The notes: generated by a model not told the origin, from the sequence alone. 63,158 nucleotides of DNA, filler included, from Octopus bimaculoides (GCF_001194135.2; 4 parts of 4 records of this genome joined end to end with filler, not necessarily neighbours in it), one strand, 5' to 3'. Counted from the first letter of the whole stretch, positions 40,212 to 52,594 are shown. Made by a program: numbers and translations.

Positions 40212-40939
40212 TGTGATACTGTTTTTTAATGCAGGTGCTATCACCTGCAATTCAAAAGCACAGGATCGACAACTAATTGCAAATTACCAAGTTCATAATT
40301 CCCTTGAAATGATGATAATCCATGGAAAGGTCATGTAATTTATGGATATGCAACCGCTTGGTCAATTTTTTATACTTGCTTAGATACATAGTCAGCAAGC
40401 AGCTTCGAACGTGAAGTAGAGGTGAGGGGTTCCCTAATGTATCGTATACAATACATCATTTCATTACTCTTCACTAAGTGATGATATAGTCCTTAACTTA
40501 CAGAGCATGTGAAATTCTTAAGCAATTTTTCAGGCTAAATAAAATTGTATTCAAGTATCATCAATGCTTGTGTTTATATACTAAGTGGCCCTTAAGATAG
40601 ATTGTAAATAATGACATGGTTGAACAATTTTAATGAAAAACCAAAATAAAGTGTGTTTTTAATTGATATTTTTTAAAAAGTCAGTAACGTGTTCTAAAAG
40701 CTTCTGGCGACGTTCTTCGTATAATTTTCTATACAACTTCGGTATTATGTTAACAGCTGTCCATGATACGAAACCAATCCATCAGCAAATTTTAAAGTAG
40801 CCTACCATATATATACACGCACGCGCGCACATACACACACAGATGTATACATACTACAGAGAGAGAATGCATTTGCATTGTCTGCGTCGCTTTTCTATGT
40901 CTCTCTCCCTCTCTCTCTCCCTCTGTACATATATATATA

Positions 40940-40948
40940 TGTGTGTGT

Positions 40949-41030
<82 letters not shown>
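40940..41030. repeat. (TG)n microsatellite (one of many; others include (TA)n 1-38, (CA)n about 9561-9650, (CT)n about 10365-10415, (TTA)n about 47459-47523, (TTC)n(TTA)n about 49101-49183)
   Basis: Read directly from the sequence. Confidence 0.97.
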
Positions 41031-41031
<1 letters not shown>

Positions 41032-41617
41032 TGTGTTTGTATATGCCTGGCTGTATGTAGCAGCATTTAGTAACCAATTTTAAGTTATAATGCTATAATG
41101 AGGAACTATTTATTGGCGAAACAGACAATTCATGATCGGAACGCTCACAAGACCACACACAACAAAACTTGAACACCAAAGTTCGCTATATTCCATTGAG
41201 CGAACATAGGTAATGTTTCTAATTTTTCCTCTTTCTGCAAACTACATGAAACAAGTGAGATTGGAAGAAATATAAAAGAAAAACGGGTTATTAAAATGTT
41301 CAAACTTGTTCTGAACTGAAATAACAATAATAATATAACAACCAGTTAATGATGTGAATTTTTTGAAAATATCTCTAGCATATAGCTATAAACAAATTAT
41401 AGTATATCGGTGCGCCTGGCAGATCGTGATGTTTAATTGCATGTGGATTGGTCAGAGCGTTATAAGGTGTCTAATGATTACTCTATGTATGAAAGCGCTA
41501 ATTTAACTTTTTGAGCATTACAAAATATGTTTTTTAATCTTAAAATGGCATAAGTAAATAAACGTGAAAACCAGACCATGCTTTAACTTTATACAACTGA
41601 TATAGTATTCAATACAC

Positions 41618-41653
<36 letters not shown>

Positions 41654-41699
41654 ACACACGCACACACACGCACACGCACACACACATATATATATATAT

Positions 41700-41814
41700 G
41701 ATGGCAACTTTTCCAACAGCCAAATAACGACAGTTCTTTTGATTCACCATGTCATTGAGATGAAAATGGGCTTCATCACCCATTAACAAAATGAGGTTGT
41801 CATTTGCCTCAAAA
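41700..41814 (-). mobile_element. Tc1/mariner-superfamily transposase fragment cut by the contig linker
   Basis: Minus strand LMGDEAHFHLNDMVNQKNCRY resembles the DEAHFHLNGxVNxQNxRxW first-catalytic-Asp motif of maT/rosa-type transposases. Confidence 0.72.
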
Positions 41815-41914
41815 NNNNNNNNNNNNNNNNNNNNNNNNNNNNNNNNNNNNNNNNNNNNTTAATTAATTAANNNNNNNNNNNNNNNNNNNNNNNNNNNNNN
41901 NNNNNNNNNNNNNN
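41815..41914. other. Artificial 100-bp contig linker
   Basis: 44 N + TTAATTAATTAA (41859-41870) + 44 N. Confidence 0.92.
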
Positions 41915-42187
41915 GAACTTTGCCCAGGCTATTCTTATTCTAGCAGCAACACTTTCAGCGCACCAACCCCCACTACTGACTTGGTCAACCAGATAGTGGA
42001 AGCTATCAACTATGTCTAGTTTTTCTCCCTGGAATGAGACAGAAGTTGTTTCCTGCATATTTACAATGTTTATTGCATCTGAACATCTGCCACATACAAA
42101 AACTAACTTCCTAGTTAACCTTCCTTTGATATTGCTGCACCTCCTATGTGTCCATAGCTTGCACTGGGTACATCTTATAGAGTTAGG

Positions 42188-42190
<3 letters not shown>
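41915..42190 (-). mobile_element. RTE/RTEX-like LINE reverse transcriptase fragment with Cys-rich insertion
   Basis: NSIRCTQCKLWTHRRCS...FVCGRC...VDSFHYLVDQVSSGG...AARIRIAWAKF. Confidence 0.75.
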
Positions 42191-42219
<29 letters not shown>

Positions 42220-42341
42220 GATGAAGAAGTCTGTTTAGAAATTTATTATTTCTAATTTTTGTTACCAGTGAATGTATTTCACTGAAATAGTATATCCTTA
42301 CGAGAGTGAAACAGACTTCTTCATCTAGCCAGTCATGCTAC

Positions 42342-42384
42342 TTCAGGCTGAAGACGAGCAAAGACTCAGAAACATGTCCCTGAA
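42342..42384 (+). ncRNA. Minimal type I hammerhead ribozyme motif
   Basis: TTCAGG-CTGAAGA-C-GAG-CAAAGA-CTC-A-GAAA-C-AT-GTC-CCTGAA. Features: 6-bp stem I, CUGANGA/GAAA core, GUC triplet, palindromic ACATGT stem III, and a C.A mismatch at the base of stem II. Confidence 0.72.
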
Positions 42385-42604
42385 TGCAGGTTAGGCTGGG
42401 TGGAGGAGTTTGTCTCCCCCTCGTAAGGATAAGGGCACAGGGAATGAGTCAAGGCCTAATAGGAAGCGGTCTGGCTTCCTAGGGCTAAACAGCAGTAGTA
42501 TATTCCCTTATTGGGACTGTCACGTTAAGTTGGCAGTATACAACTACTTTTTCGCATCACTACTGCGTAAGTCTCTCTGAGAGATTTAGAAATTTATTAT
42601 TTCT

Positions 42605-42635
<31 letters not shown>

Positions 42636-42641
<6 letters not shown>

Positions 42642-42978
42642 ATACAGGGTAGGAAAATTATAGAAATTTTTCTACCAGTGGCTTAGCATGTATAAATAGT
42701 AAATAGACAACATATTTTCCATATAAAATTAGTGTACATTTAAATACAAGAGGCGACCTTAATGTTTTTATTTGTCCACTCGCTTCGAAATTGCTCTTAA
42801 CTGTGGTTTGGACTTTTGACTGCTCCTTCTAGCATGTAAGGCGACCTGTTTAAGGTCCCCTCTTTTGTGTTTAAATGTACACTAATTTTAAATGGAAAAT
42901 ATGTTATCTATTGACTACTTATACATACTAGTCCACTGGTAGAAAAATTTCTATAATTTTCCTACCCAGTATTATTTT
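42636..42978. mobile_element. Foldback / MITE-like element with about 125-bp terminal inverted repeats
   Basis: Left arm 42636-about 42762 and right arm about 42850-42978 are near reverse complements. TA|CAGGGTAGG...CCTACCCAG|TA suggests Tc1/mariner-type ends at 42645-42969. Confidence 0.85.
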
Positions 42979-43179
42979 CTTAATATGATTTTAGACATTT
43001 CAGAAGTTAGTTGAAATTTTTATTTATTAATGACTGAAACTGCACTTGCGCAGTGGATTTGAAAAATTGTAATATATAAGGATGACACATGTTATTTTGT
43101 CTCATAATTATGTGTTAATGCTTGGCGTACCCGCTGATGAGAACTTTGCCTAGCAAATTATTTTATTTGCTAAATAAAA

Positions 43180-45270
43180 ATTCAAAACCTAGCTCCAGCA
43201 GAAAAATATGGTGTTCGTGTTCTTCGTGGAGCTGAGTGTTGGACTGACCACCGTCTGGTACGTGCAAAAGTCAAATTAATCACAAAACGTAAAATCCGGG
43301 CTGCAGGTATTACCCTGCCTAAAAGATTGAATGTTGCTCGTCTTAGCTGTAATGGCGTGAAGAGAACTTTACGAGAGGAAATGAATGTTGCAGATTTTGG
43401 GGAAGATTGTTCAACCCTCAAAAAGTCAGTTTATGATATAGGCAGGAAAGTTCTGGGATTGATACAAAGAAAGCATCAAGATTGGTTTAAAGAAAATGAT
43501 GAACATATTGATGATTTATTGGCTGTTAAAAGACGTACTTTGTCACGCTATTTGTCAGCAAAGCCATAAGAGATGTATTGCATAGGGAACTCAAGGATGT
43601 GAAATCATGTGTGAGGCAGAGGCTCTCTCAGATGAGATACAGGCGGCATCGGATTCCAACAACACAAAGCTGTTATATGATCTCTTGCGAGAGGTTTATG
43701 GACCAACTTCTTCTCTGATGACACCACTTCAAAGTAGGGATGGTAAAGAACTTCTTCGTGATTCGCAAGGAATTCTGCAAAGGTGGCAAGAACACTTTGA
43801 TGAACTCTTGAATCAGCAGTCTATAGTTAGTGAGGATGTTCTCAATCGCATCCCTGAATTACCTGTGAGGGCAGCTCTTGCAGAGCGGTGGCTGTCTCAA
43901 GGATGAATAATGGGAGGTCTCCGGGTATGGATGGCATTCATGCAGAGTTGTTGCAGAATGGTGGTGAGAAACTTCTACAGCAACTTCACTCCTTGTTTGG
44001 CAGGATATGGGATAGTGAATCTGTACCTGAGGACTAGAGAGATGCAGTAATGGTGGTCTTTCATAAGGGAAAGGGTAACTGGAATGATTATGGTAACTAC
44101 AGGGGAATATCATTGCTTTCTGTCGTAGGAAAGGTTTTATGCAGGGTACTTCTGGACTGTCTGCTGAAACACGTTGCAGATTGTGTTCTTCCAGAAAGTC
44201 AATCTGGTTTTCATGTGGGACAAAGCACTGCTGATGTGATCTTCTCAGCTAGACAACTTCAGGAAAAGTGTGTGGAACAGGGTCTCGATTTATATCAGGT
44301 TTTTGTCGATCTGACAAAGGCCTTTGATACAGTTAATAGGAAAGCACTATGGAAAGTCCTCCAGAAACTTGGTTGTCCTGAAAAGTTCCTTGCTGTGGTT
44401 AGGTCTTTTCATGAAGACATGAAGGGCAGGGTTAATGTAAGAGGTAAAATATTGGAGCCCATCTCAATACAAAATGGAGTGAAGCAAGGGGATATTCTGG
44501 CACCGACTCTATTCGCCATATATTTTGCGATGGTTTTCTGTATTGCATTCAGAAATTGTAGATATGGTGCTTACATCCATTATCGAACCTCTGGCAGCAT
44601 ATTTAATATCAGGTGCTTTGCTGCAAAAACAAAGGTATTTACCTCTATCATAAGAGACCTTTTGTATGCAGATGATTGTGATCTAGTAGCACACACAGAG
44701 ATTGATATGCAACACATTTTGAATACATTCTCTGATGCTTGCACTGCCTTAGGAATGACAGTCAATCGCAAGAAAACTGTTGTCATGTACCAACCTGCCC
44801 CTGGTAAGCAGTATATTGAACCAAATATCTATGTGTATGGTAGAAGACTTGGTGTAGTCAATAAGTTTGTCTACCTGGGAAGCACTGTTAATAGATATGG
44901 CAATTTGGACAATGAAATTCCATACAGAATTAGGAAAACAAGTGATGCTTTCGGAAGGCTAGAAAGGCATCTCTGGGATCGGCAAGACATATGCAGGAAG
45001 ACAAAGATAAAGGTGTACAAGGCGTGTGTACTCTCTTCTCTTCTTTATGCCTGCGAGACCTGGGTCACATATCGATACCACCTTAAACAACTGGAACGTT
45101 TCCATCAGATGTGTCTCAGACGGATCTGTGGCATCAAGTGGGAGGACCGCATCAGTGATCTTGAGACATTGGAAAGCTCTCGGTGTGAAAGTGTAGAAGC
45201 TCTAGTGTTGAAGCAAAGGTTCAGATGGAGTGGTCATCTGGTCAGCATGAAAGATTCAAGGATGCCAAAA
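43180..45270 (+). mobile_element. RTE-clade LINE (end of APE endonuclease + reverse transcriptase), 3' end cut by a linker
   Basis: RGAECWTDHRL (end of endonuclease), frameshifted linker region, then an open RT frame 44050-45270 with YRGISLLS, DLTKAFDTV, GVKQG, LLYADD, YLGS, RWSGHL. Confidence 0.93.
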
Positions 45271-45370
45271 NNNNNNNNNNNNNNNNNNNNNNNNNNNNNN
45301 NNNNNNNNNNNNNNTTAATTAATTAANNNNNNNNNNNNNNNNNNNNNNNNNNNNNNNNNNNNNNNNNNNN
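45271..45370. other. Artificial 100-bp contig linker
   Basis: 44 N + TTAATTAATTAA (45315-45326) + 44 N. Confidence 0.92.
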
Positions 45371-46149
45371 CTGTCTTCGAAACGCGCAGTAGTTGGAGCA
45401 GGGACAACTGAAGATGGGTAATATTCTTTATGTTGCATGTCTCATTTCTCTGTTTGTTTTTTTCGCTGTTCGAAAAAACGTTCGTTTTCTGTCCTCGTCT
45501 TTATGTTTTCGTTTCTCATTGTGTTTAACGTTTATTGTGATGTCCTGTACCCATATATGCTTGTATGTATACATATAGATGTTGGTATGTACATATATGT
45601 ATGGATATATGCATATAATTACATATTATTTGTTATTATATATATATATATATATACACACACACATGTCTATATATAAACCTAATAAATTGCATTACAT
45701 AGCCAATAATGTAATTAATTAAATGATTAAAAATAATTTATTCATATAATGACTATCCTTATCTCAGTTAAATCATCGGTATAAATATTAGTACTGAAGG
45801 TATTTTAATATAAATATATATTAATATAAATGATATTTAATATATATATTAATATAAATGATATTTAATATATATTAATATAAATGAATATTAATATAAA
45901 TTAATATGAATAAATTGCAAAATCAGTCAGATTTATTATTTATCAATACAAATGAAATAATAGCAATCTACTTATATTTAGTAAAAAGAAATTTACTCAC
46001 ATGGCTACAGGCTAAAATTCTTTCAGACAGTATGTTCAAAAGTAATTTACAGGAAATAAATATTCGATATAATTCTTCAGTACATAACTGTCATCTTTTG
46101 GAATACTATTAGAAATATTAAGTTTCAAAAACATCCACTGCGGAGAAAT

Positions 46150-47300
46150 GCTCACCAGAGGAAACTTATTAATATTGTTAAAAACTTTAGAAGTAAGGAT
46201 GGAATTTTAGTCCAATCGGATAAAACTAATAATTTATGCTATATGGACGTCTCTATATACCATGAACTTTTAAAGAATGAGATCATCAAAAACTATAGGA
46301 TTGTAAGTAAAAATCAATTAAGAACTTTTAACCTTGAAACCAAGAAAATTATGCACTAATTTCACATCCAGCATAGAACTAAACCTTTTGGACCCATGCG
46401 ACCACGGATTACACTGAAGAACCATAAGGAAAACTTGTATACAGACCCTAAAGTTAGATTGATTTGCTCTGATCAATCTCACTTAGGTAAACTTAGTAAA
46501 CTCATTTTAGATAAATATATACCTTATAGCTAGGAAAAAAATTAATCCTGAATTATGGTCTAACACCTACCAAGCTTTAAATTGGTTTAATAACATTACT
46601 AGTAAGAATAAATATAAATTTTTACAAGTGGATATTAATAGCTATTACGCCTATTAAACCCTATAGTCCTTAATAAAGCACTCATTTTCTTAATGAATTT
46701 TACTAATATTAGCAAAGAGGAAATCAACATTATATTAACTGCAAGGCAATCTCTGATTAGATTTGATAATAAATACTGGGCTCGTAAGGACACTTATAAT
46801 TATTTTGATATTACTATGGGATCTGCGTACTCTGCTCAGGTTACTGACATAGCCGGAATTCACTTGCTATCCCAAATTAATAGTGAATTCCCTGAATTTA
46901 TTGGTGGTCTGTTACGAGATGATGCCCACTTTGCTATTAAAAATACTACTCATAGGAAACTGGACGTATATAAGAAAAAAATATGCATAATTTTTTTTAA
47001 GAGGAATGGTTTAGCTATTTCCATTGTAAAAGATAATGGTTCTCTTAATTTTTTAGATGCTAATCTTAATCTTGTAACTGGCAGGCATGACCCATTTCAT
47101 AAACCAAATACAAGGTTAAGATACATCAATTGTAAAAGCAATCATCATGTTGCAATTCTAAATCTCTTAACTAAAAATACTGAGAACGAATATCATGTTT
47201 ATCATCTAATATAGAGATTTTTAGTTGGCATAATGATTTTCTATAATGCCGAATTAGAAAAGGCTGGATATAAGGGTAAAATTAAATATATTACTTATGA
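46150..47300 (+). mobile_element. Penelope-like element reverse transcriptase remnant
   Basis: QSDKTNN, FDITMGSAYSAQVTDIAG, GLLRDDA, LNFLDANLNL, YINCKSNH, YNAELEKAGY. Stops and frameshifts upstream of 46693. Confidence 0.8.
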
Positions 47301-47457
47301 ACTTAAATTTAGTAATAATGTTCAATTCAATAATAATAATTATAGTGGTAATAATAATAAAATGTATAATAGTATCTCTAATACCAGCATGTATTACACT
47401 AAAACTACGAATAGATATACCCCTTGCTTTCATTATCATAGTAATTATCCTTATCAC

Positions 47458-47526
<69 letters not shown>

Positions 47527-47629
47527 TAGTTTTATTTTTATAGCGTGCTTTCACTTCACTACCGAGCGCAGTTCTGTGTGCCATGGGTATGTGCTGTGGT
47601 TTGCTGTGATGCTCTTATGGTTACTGTAT

Positions 47630-49095
47630 TGAAAGTGCTTTGCGTAAGATGTGTGCAATGCTCAGTAGTGCAATTTTCTGGATGTTATATATACTGGTGT
47701 TTTTGTTATGTATTTGTCTGAATATTTTTTTATTATACCTACTATGATAGAAATTGTTTCTATTTTTAGATTCCACATTCGAATTACCTCTATTTCCAGG
47801 TCTTTGTATTTTGAAAGTTTCTCCATTTTTTTTAGAGAAACTTTGTCATCTGCTGGTATTGATACATCAATTAGAAAGCTTTAATTTTACTTCATGATCT
47901 CTAACAACTATATCTAGCCTATTGGCCTTAATTTCTCTATCTGTGTGTATTGGCATATCCCAGAGTATGGTTGCTTTCTCGTTTTCTGTGACCTTTTCTG
48001 GCGTGTGTCAATCCCATCTTTTTTTTTGTTGTTATTCCGTAGTGTTGGCATAGCTTCCAGTGTATGTAGGTCCCAGCTCTGTCGTGTCTGTGAATATATT
48101 CCTTCTTAGCCAGGCCTGGGCACCCAGAGATAATATGATTTATTGTTTCTTGTCCATCGCCACATATTCTGCAGTTACTTGTTTCTTTTCATTATATGTT
48201 TTTGGTAATTTCTGGTGGGGAGGCTTTGGTCTTGTGCTGCAACCAAAAATCCTTCAGTCTCTGCTTTGAGTCCTGAACTTCTCAACCATTGCTGGGATTT
48301 TTCTGTCTTTTTCTTTTGCATTTAGTTTAGTCCAGTATTTGCCATGAAGGGGCTTTTCTGGCCATCGTTTTATCATGGTCCGTTGCTGTTCCAGTTTTAG
48401 TTTGGATTTCATTTGTTTTGTAGCTTTTGTTGTTTCTTCTTCTTCTTCTTCTTCTTCTTCTTCTTCTTCTTCTTCTTCTTCTATTTCGTATTCGTTAGGT
48501 AGTATGATTTCTTGTTTGTATTTCTCGGCTTCCTTAAATACTGAAAACAGTTTTTTGTTTTGCTCGTGCTTTGTGGCTATTTTTATTAGTTTTCCTTGTT
48601 TCTGAAGTAGGTATTTTTGCAGTCCTATGGTGATTATTTTATAATAGTTTTTCAGCTGTATAAGGTCTCTACCACCTTACATACGTTGTATATATAGCTT
48701 TTCTATGTCAAATTTTGGGTGGTGCATCCTAGATCCTGTCATTATTTTTCTTGTTTTCCTGTCTATTTTGGTTAGTTCAATTAGTGTCCAGTTAAGGATA
48801 TTGTAGCTGCAATTTATAACTGGTACGACTAAAGTGTTAATACCTATTATCTTGTTTTTAGCATTGAGCTCTGTTTTCAATATTGATCTAACTCATCTAT
48901 AGTATTCTTTGTTTATTTTCTCTTTCATTTGTGTGTTGTATCCTATCAAGTTCATTGATTCCTAAATATTTGTATGTCTGGCTTTGGTCTAATTCTCTTA
49001 TTTCATTGGCTTTATCTAGTGTGATGTTGCTACTCTTAACTCGTTTTCCTCTTTTCAGGGTTGCTTTGGCACATTTTTCTAATCCAAATTTCATA
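47630..49095 (-). mobile_element. R4/Dong-like RLE-type non-LTR retrotransposon remnant
   Basis: MKFGLEKCA, YKYLGI, DRKTRKIMT...HHPK, Cys/His knuckle INHIISGCP, ILWDMPIHTDREIKANRLDIVV, KYKDLEIE. Confidence 0.82.
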
Positions 49096-49108
49096 TCTAT
49101 TTCTTCTT

Positions 49109-49183
<75 letters not shown>

Positions 49184-49419
49184 GTTGTAAGTTATAGAGT
49201 AAAAATTAAAAGGATAGTGCCATTGTTATTTAGTGAACGATATTTCGACATGAAGTTAGTCATTCAAATTCGTTTTTCGATCATTCAATAGCTTTTGCTG
49301 TTATTGTTATTTTTTGGGATTCTGTTTATTTTTCCTTTGTGTCTTGGGTTTTTGTGTTTTTATTGTTATGTGTTTGTTTTTGTCTTTCATGTTGTATGTG
49401 TTTTCTATTTTAGGTGTGT

Positions 49420-50360
49420 GGGTGTTAGTATTATTTAGGGCTTCATCGCAGTATGGTACATGTACGTTGAATATTGTTTCGGCGGCTGATAGGCGTGATA
49501 TTCTGGTGGCTTTGTTCTAACTATTCCTTTGGTTATGGATGACGGACGATTAGACTTTACATTTATGTATCTTAGGCACTCATTCGGTTTGAGGTATGGT
49601 TCGTACTGGCCTCTTTCTAAGTTAAAGGTCGAATTTTGAAAATTTACCTTACGGTAATTATGCCTATAGTTTTAGATAGGCCGAAATTTTAAAATAACCT
49701 GTGCAGTTTTATCCAGTATCTTTCTATTTCTACCTTATTATAATTACCTATTACGAAAAGGGCATCGTCTCTGTATAGACCCCACCCCCGCTATTTGTGG
49801 GAATGCAGATTTGATGTGGAATAAGATGTTAATTCCTGCGATGTCCGTGACCTGAGCCGAGTCGCTTGAACCCATTGGTATACTGAAGGAATTTGTTCTA
49901 TCTGATCTCGTCCATAGTTCGGTGTCGTAATTAATAATGGTTTCTCGTGCTGTTCATATTATGTCTACATCTGCCTTAGATAAGCTAGAATTTTTCATTA
50001 CAAATATGAGTGCTTTATTGAGCATTAGCATTAGCATTATAGTGTGGAGTAGTAGTTATCTATATCTAATTGTATAAATTTGGAGCTTTTTGTTTTTCTA
50101 TTTTCTTAAACCATCCTATTACCTCCTGAGTGTCCGACTATAAGGAAGGTCCAATCTTAATTTTGAGTCCGGGTTTTATTCTATGATGTTTTTGTTTATA
50201 CGTCCTATGTCCGACTTTGATGGACATAGTCTGACTTTAGGGTCACTATCGAAGTTATTTTTGTGGTTTTTAAGGTTTATCCTAAGATTTCTTGGGACAT
50301 ATGGTTCCGACCTATCGGCTGTCTCTAGTCTTTTTATTATTTCAAATCCTTTGTTGTTTA
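49420..50360 (-). mobile_element. Penelope-like element, 3' part of a copy split by a DNA transposon
   Basis: NNKGFEIIKRL...LKNHKNNFDSDPKVRL, SIPMGSSDSAQVTDIAG...GLYRDDA, YINVKSNRP. Same family as 46150-47300. Confidence 0.82.
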
Positions 50361-50362
50361 TA

Positions 50363-52592
50363 TAGGTTTTTGCAGTCATTTTCGTACGTATGTCATTTAA
50401 TTTGATAATCGGGTCATTCAAAGTAGCGGAAAAAAACTAGTGCCATGAAGTTAGTCATTCAAATTCGTTTTTCGATCATTCAATTTCGCATTTCGGTCAA
50501 AGAATTTGCTACATAGATCATTCAAATTAAAATGTAGGTCGAAAGCATTCAAATTAGTCGGAATGCGAGGAAGCGTCTTTTCGAGCATTCAAATTCGCAC
50601 GTGAGCATTCGAGTTTGGAATAAGTTTATTCAGTTTAGCACTAATTTTACATGTATGTTTTTACTCACATTCTAAGAAATGAATGTTAAAAATGACAAAT
50701 TTAAATGTCATGTTTTGTCATGCAAAATTTATTATGTTGTTATAACTACAAAGAGGAAATAAATCACGTGATTCTTTCCACAAAATTCTTTTTCATTGCA
50801 ACATTCGTAACCGGTCGGTATCAGTTGCATTTTATATCCCTTTCTCTTACACCAAATTGTAATCTTGGAGCCACGCGTAAGGTACATGCGTATATCGGAC
50901 AAAGATAGGGCAAGGCTGGTTGACGCCTTCGAAGGACATCAAATCGATTAACTGCAACTGGGAGACACATTTGGCATTAAAAGGAGTAATGCCCGATCCA
51001 TAGTAGCGACCTAGCTACGGTCTTGGAGGCGCCACACGTTGCCCAGAGGAGGTGCACACCACCTTAAGGCTTCAGGTGACAATTGATGCCAACCCACTTG
51101 CAACCCTTCAACAGATGAAGGGGGACTTAGGGGCAGTATTGCCCTGACAGCCGCTTGTTACCGTGTCTGCAAGCTCACAGGCTGCAATCTCACGTGTCTG
51201 CAATCTCATGGGATGCTGATAACTATAAAGCTGGCCGAAGACGTCCCAGATGCAAGAAATGCCCCCAAAATTCTGGAAAAGCGTTATGAGTACGCACATT
51301 GGTTCATGGAAGATGGAGTCGTCGGCCATTGCATATTCATTGATGAATATAGGTACAATATTAGAGCCAGGCGGTGTTTTGGATGAGCCCCTCGAGGCAT
51401 TCTTGTTCGCCGAGTTGTCAACCTTTAGTGTGGGAAAAATTGTAATGTCACTTTCGCGGTGTTGGGAGAAATTGGCCTGGTCCACCACTCCATTGCGAAC
51501 AATACCGTTACACGAAACTCTTTCGAGGAGCTCTTGGAGGAAACAGTTCGTGCATGTGCTGACATGTTCCCAGCAGATGAATCCGTCTACTTGATCTATG
51601 ACAACACGAAGCCACACGTTCGTGCCAAGCTCCCAGCTGACGCCGACCCACGGATCAGTCTGAAACTCCTGCCTCCCTATTCGCCATTTCTTAATTGTAC
51701 GGAAATGGCGCAGTCTGTCTTTAAGGCGGCTGTCAAGCGGGACCTCGCTCGAGCTGAGTTGCAGCAAAGAGTTGGCGACTGGGCAACTGCAGAAGCCGGC
51801 ATGACCATGGAAGAATGGTGAGCACATGTCATACAACAGGTCGCAAGACGTAACATCGACGCTATCACTCCAGAAAATTGTGTTCCTTGGTATAGACACA
51901 CCCTGACCTACCTCCCGAGATGCCTTGACCGCCAGGAAATAAACGGCTAAATCCTCTCAAACGAACTCTCCTTATCAAAACTGTAAATCAATAATTATCT
52001 TAGTGCACATAGCACCCTTTCCCCGATGAAAGAAAAAATGCAAAATCAAATAAATATATACTTTTTCTAACAAGACATATTATACAAAGGAAGAACATAT
52101 ATCACAAAATGATGTATTCAAAATCAAAGAAAATGAGCATTTGTAGTAATTGTGAGTTTCTTTAAAAAGGCTGGAATGCGATTTCATGAAATCTTTAACA
52201 ATAAATACACGTACCTATGCAAATATAAAAGAATACATAAAAAAGACATGGGCACGATAGAGTGCTTACAACACAAACAATAGATGAAAATACATGATTA
52301 TGATAACAATGATCATTAGATAAAATCAAAACAGCTATCGTGCTAATTTGATTGCTCGAAGTGTTAAATAGATCGCTCCGAGACGAATTTGAATGCTCGA
52401 AAGGACGCTTCCTCTCGATCCGCATTTTAATTTGAATGATGTAAATATTAAATTCTTTGACCAAAGTGAGAAATTGAATGATCGAAAAGCAAATTTGAAT
52501 GACTAACTTCATGGTGCTAATTTTTTCACAATTTGGAATGACCCGATTATCAAATTGAATGACAAACGTACGAAAATGACTACAAAAACCTA
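50363..52592 (+). mobile_element. IS630-Tc1-like DNA transposon with long, internally repeated TIRs and a decayed transposase
   Basis: TA target duplication (50361-62 and 52593-94). TIRs of about 220-250 bp starting TAGGTTTTTG. Transposase remnants DRARLVDAFE, IFIDE, IYDNTKPH, LPPYSPFLNCTE. Confidence 0.88.
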
Positions 52593-52594
52593 TA

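Noticed and set aside
43132-43190. CTGATGA followed by a hairpin as a third hammerhead
   Set aside because: GAAA is replaced by AAAA and there is no valid stem III or NUH. The CTGATGA at about 56602 likewise lacks the rest of the fold.
45371-45430. GAAACGCGCA…CTGAAGATGGG as tandem hammerhead remnants
   Set aside because: The upstream half is lost in the linker and the downstream half has no stem II or GAAA. Suggestive of a Penelope terminus but not supportable.
50390-50600. Regularly spaced CATTCAAATT motifs as a CRISPR-like array
   Set aside because: They are subterminal repeats of a transposon TIR, mirrored at 52370-52570; eukaryotic context, no cas genes.
51108-51899. 263-aa minus-strand ORF as a novel gene
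   Set aside because: Antisense to the decayed transposase, with no motifs of its own.
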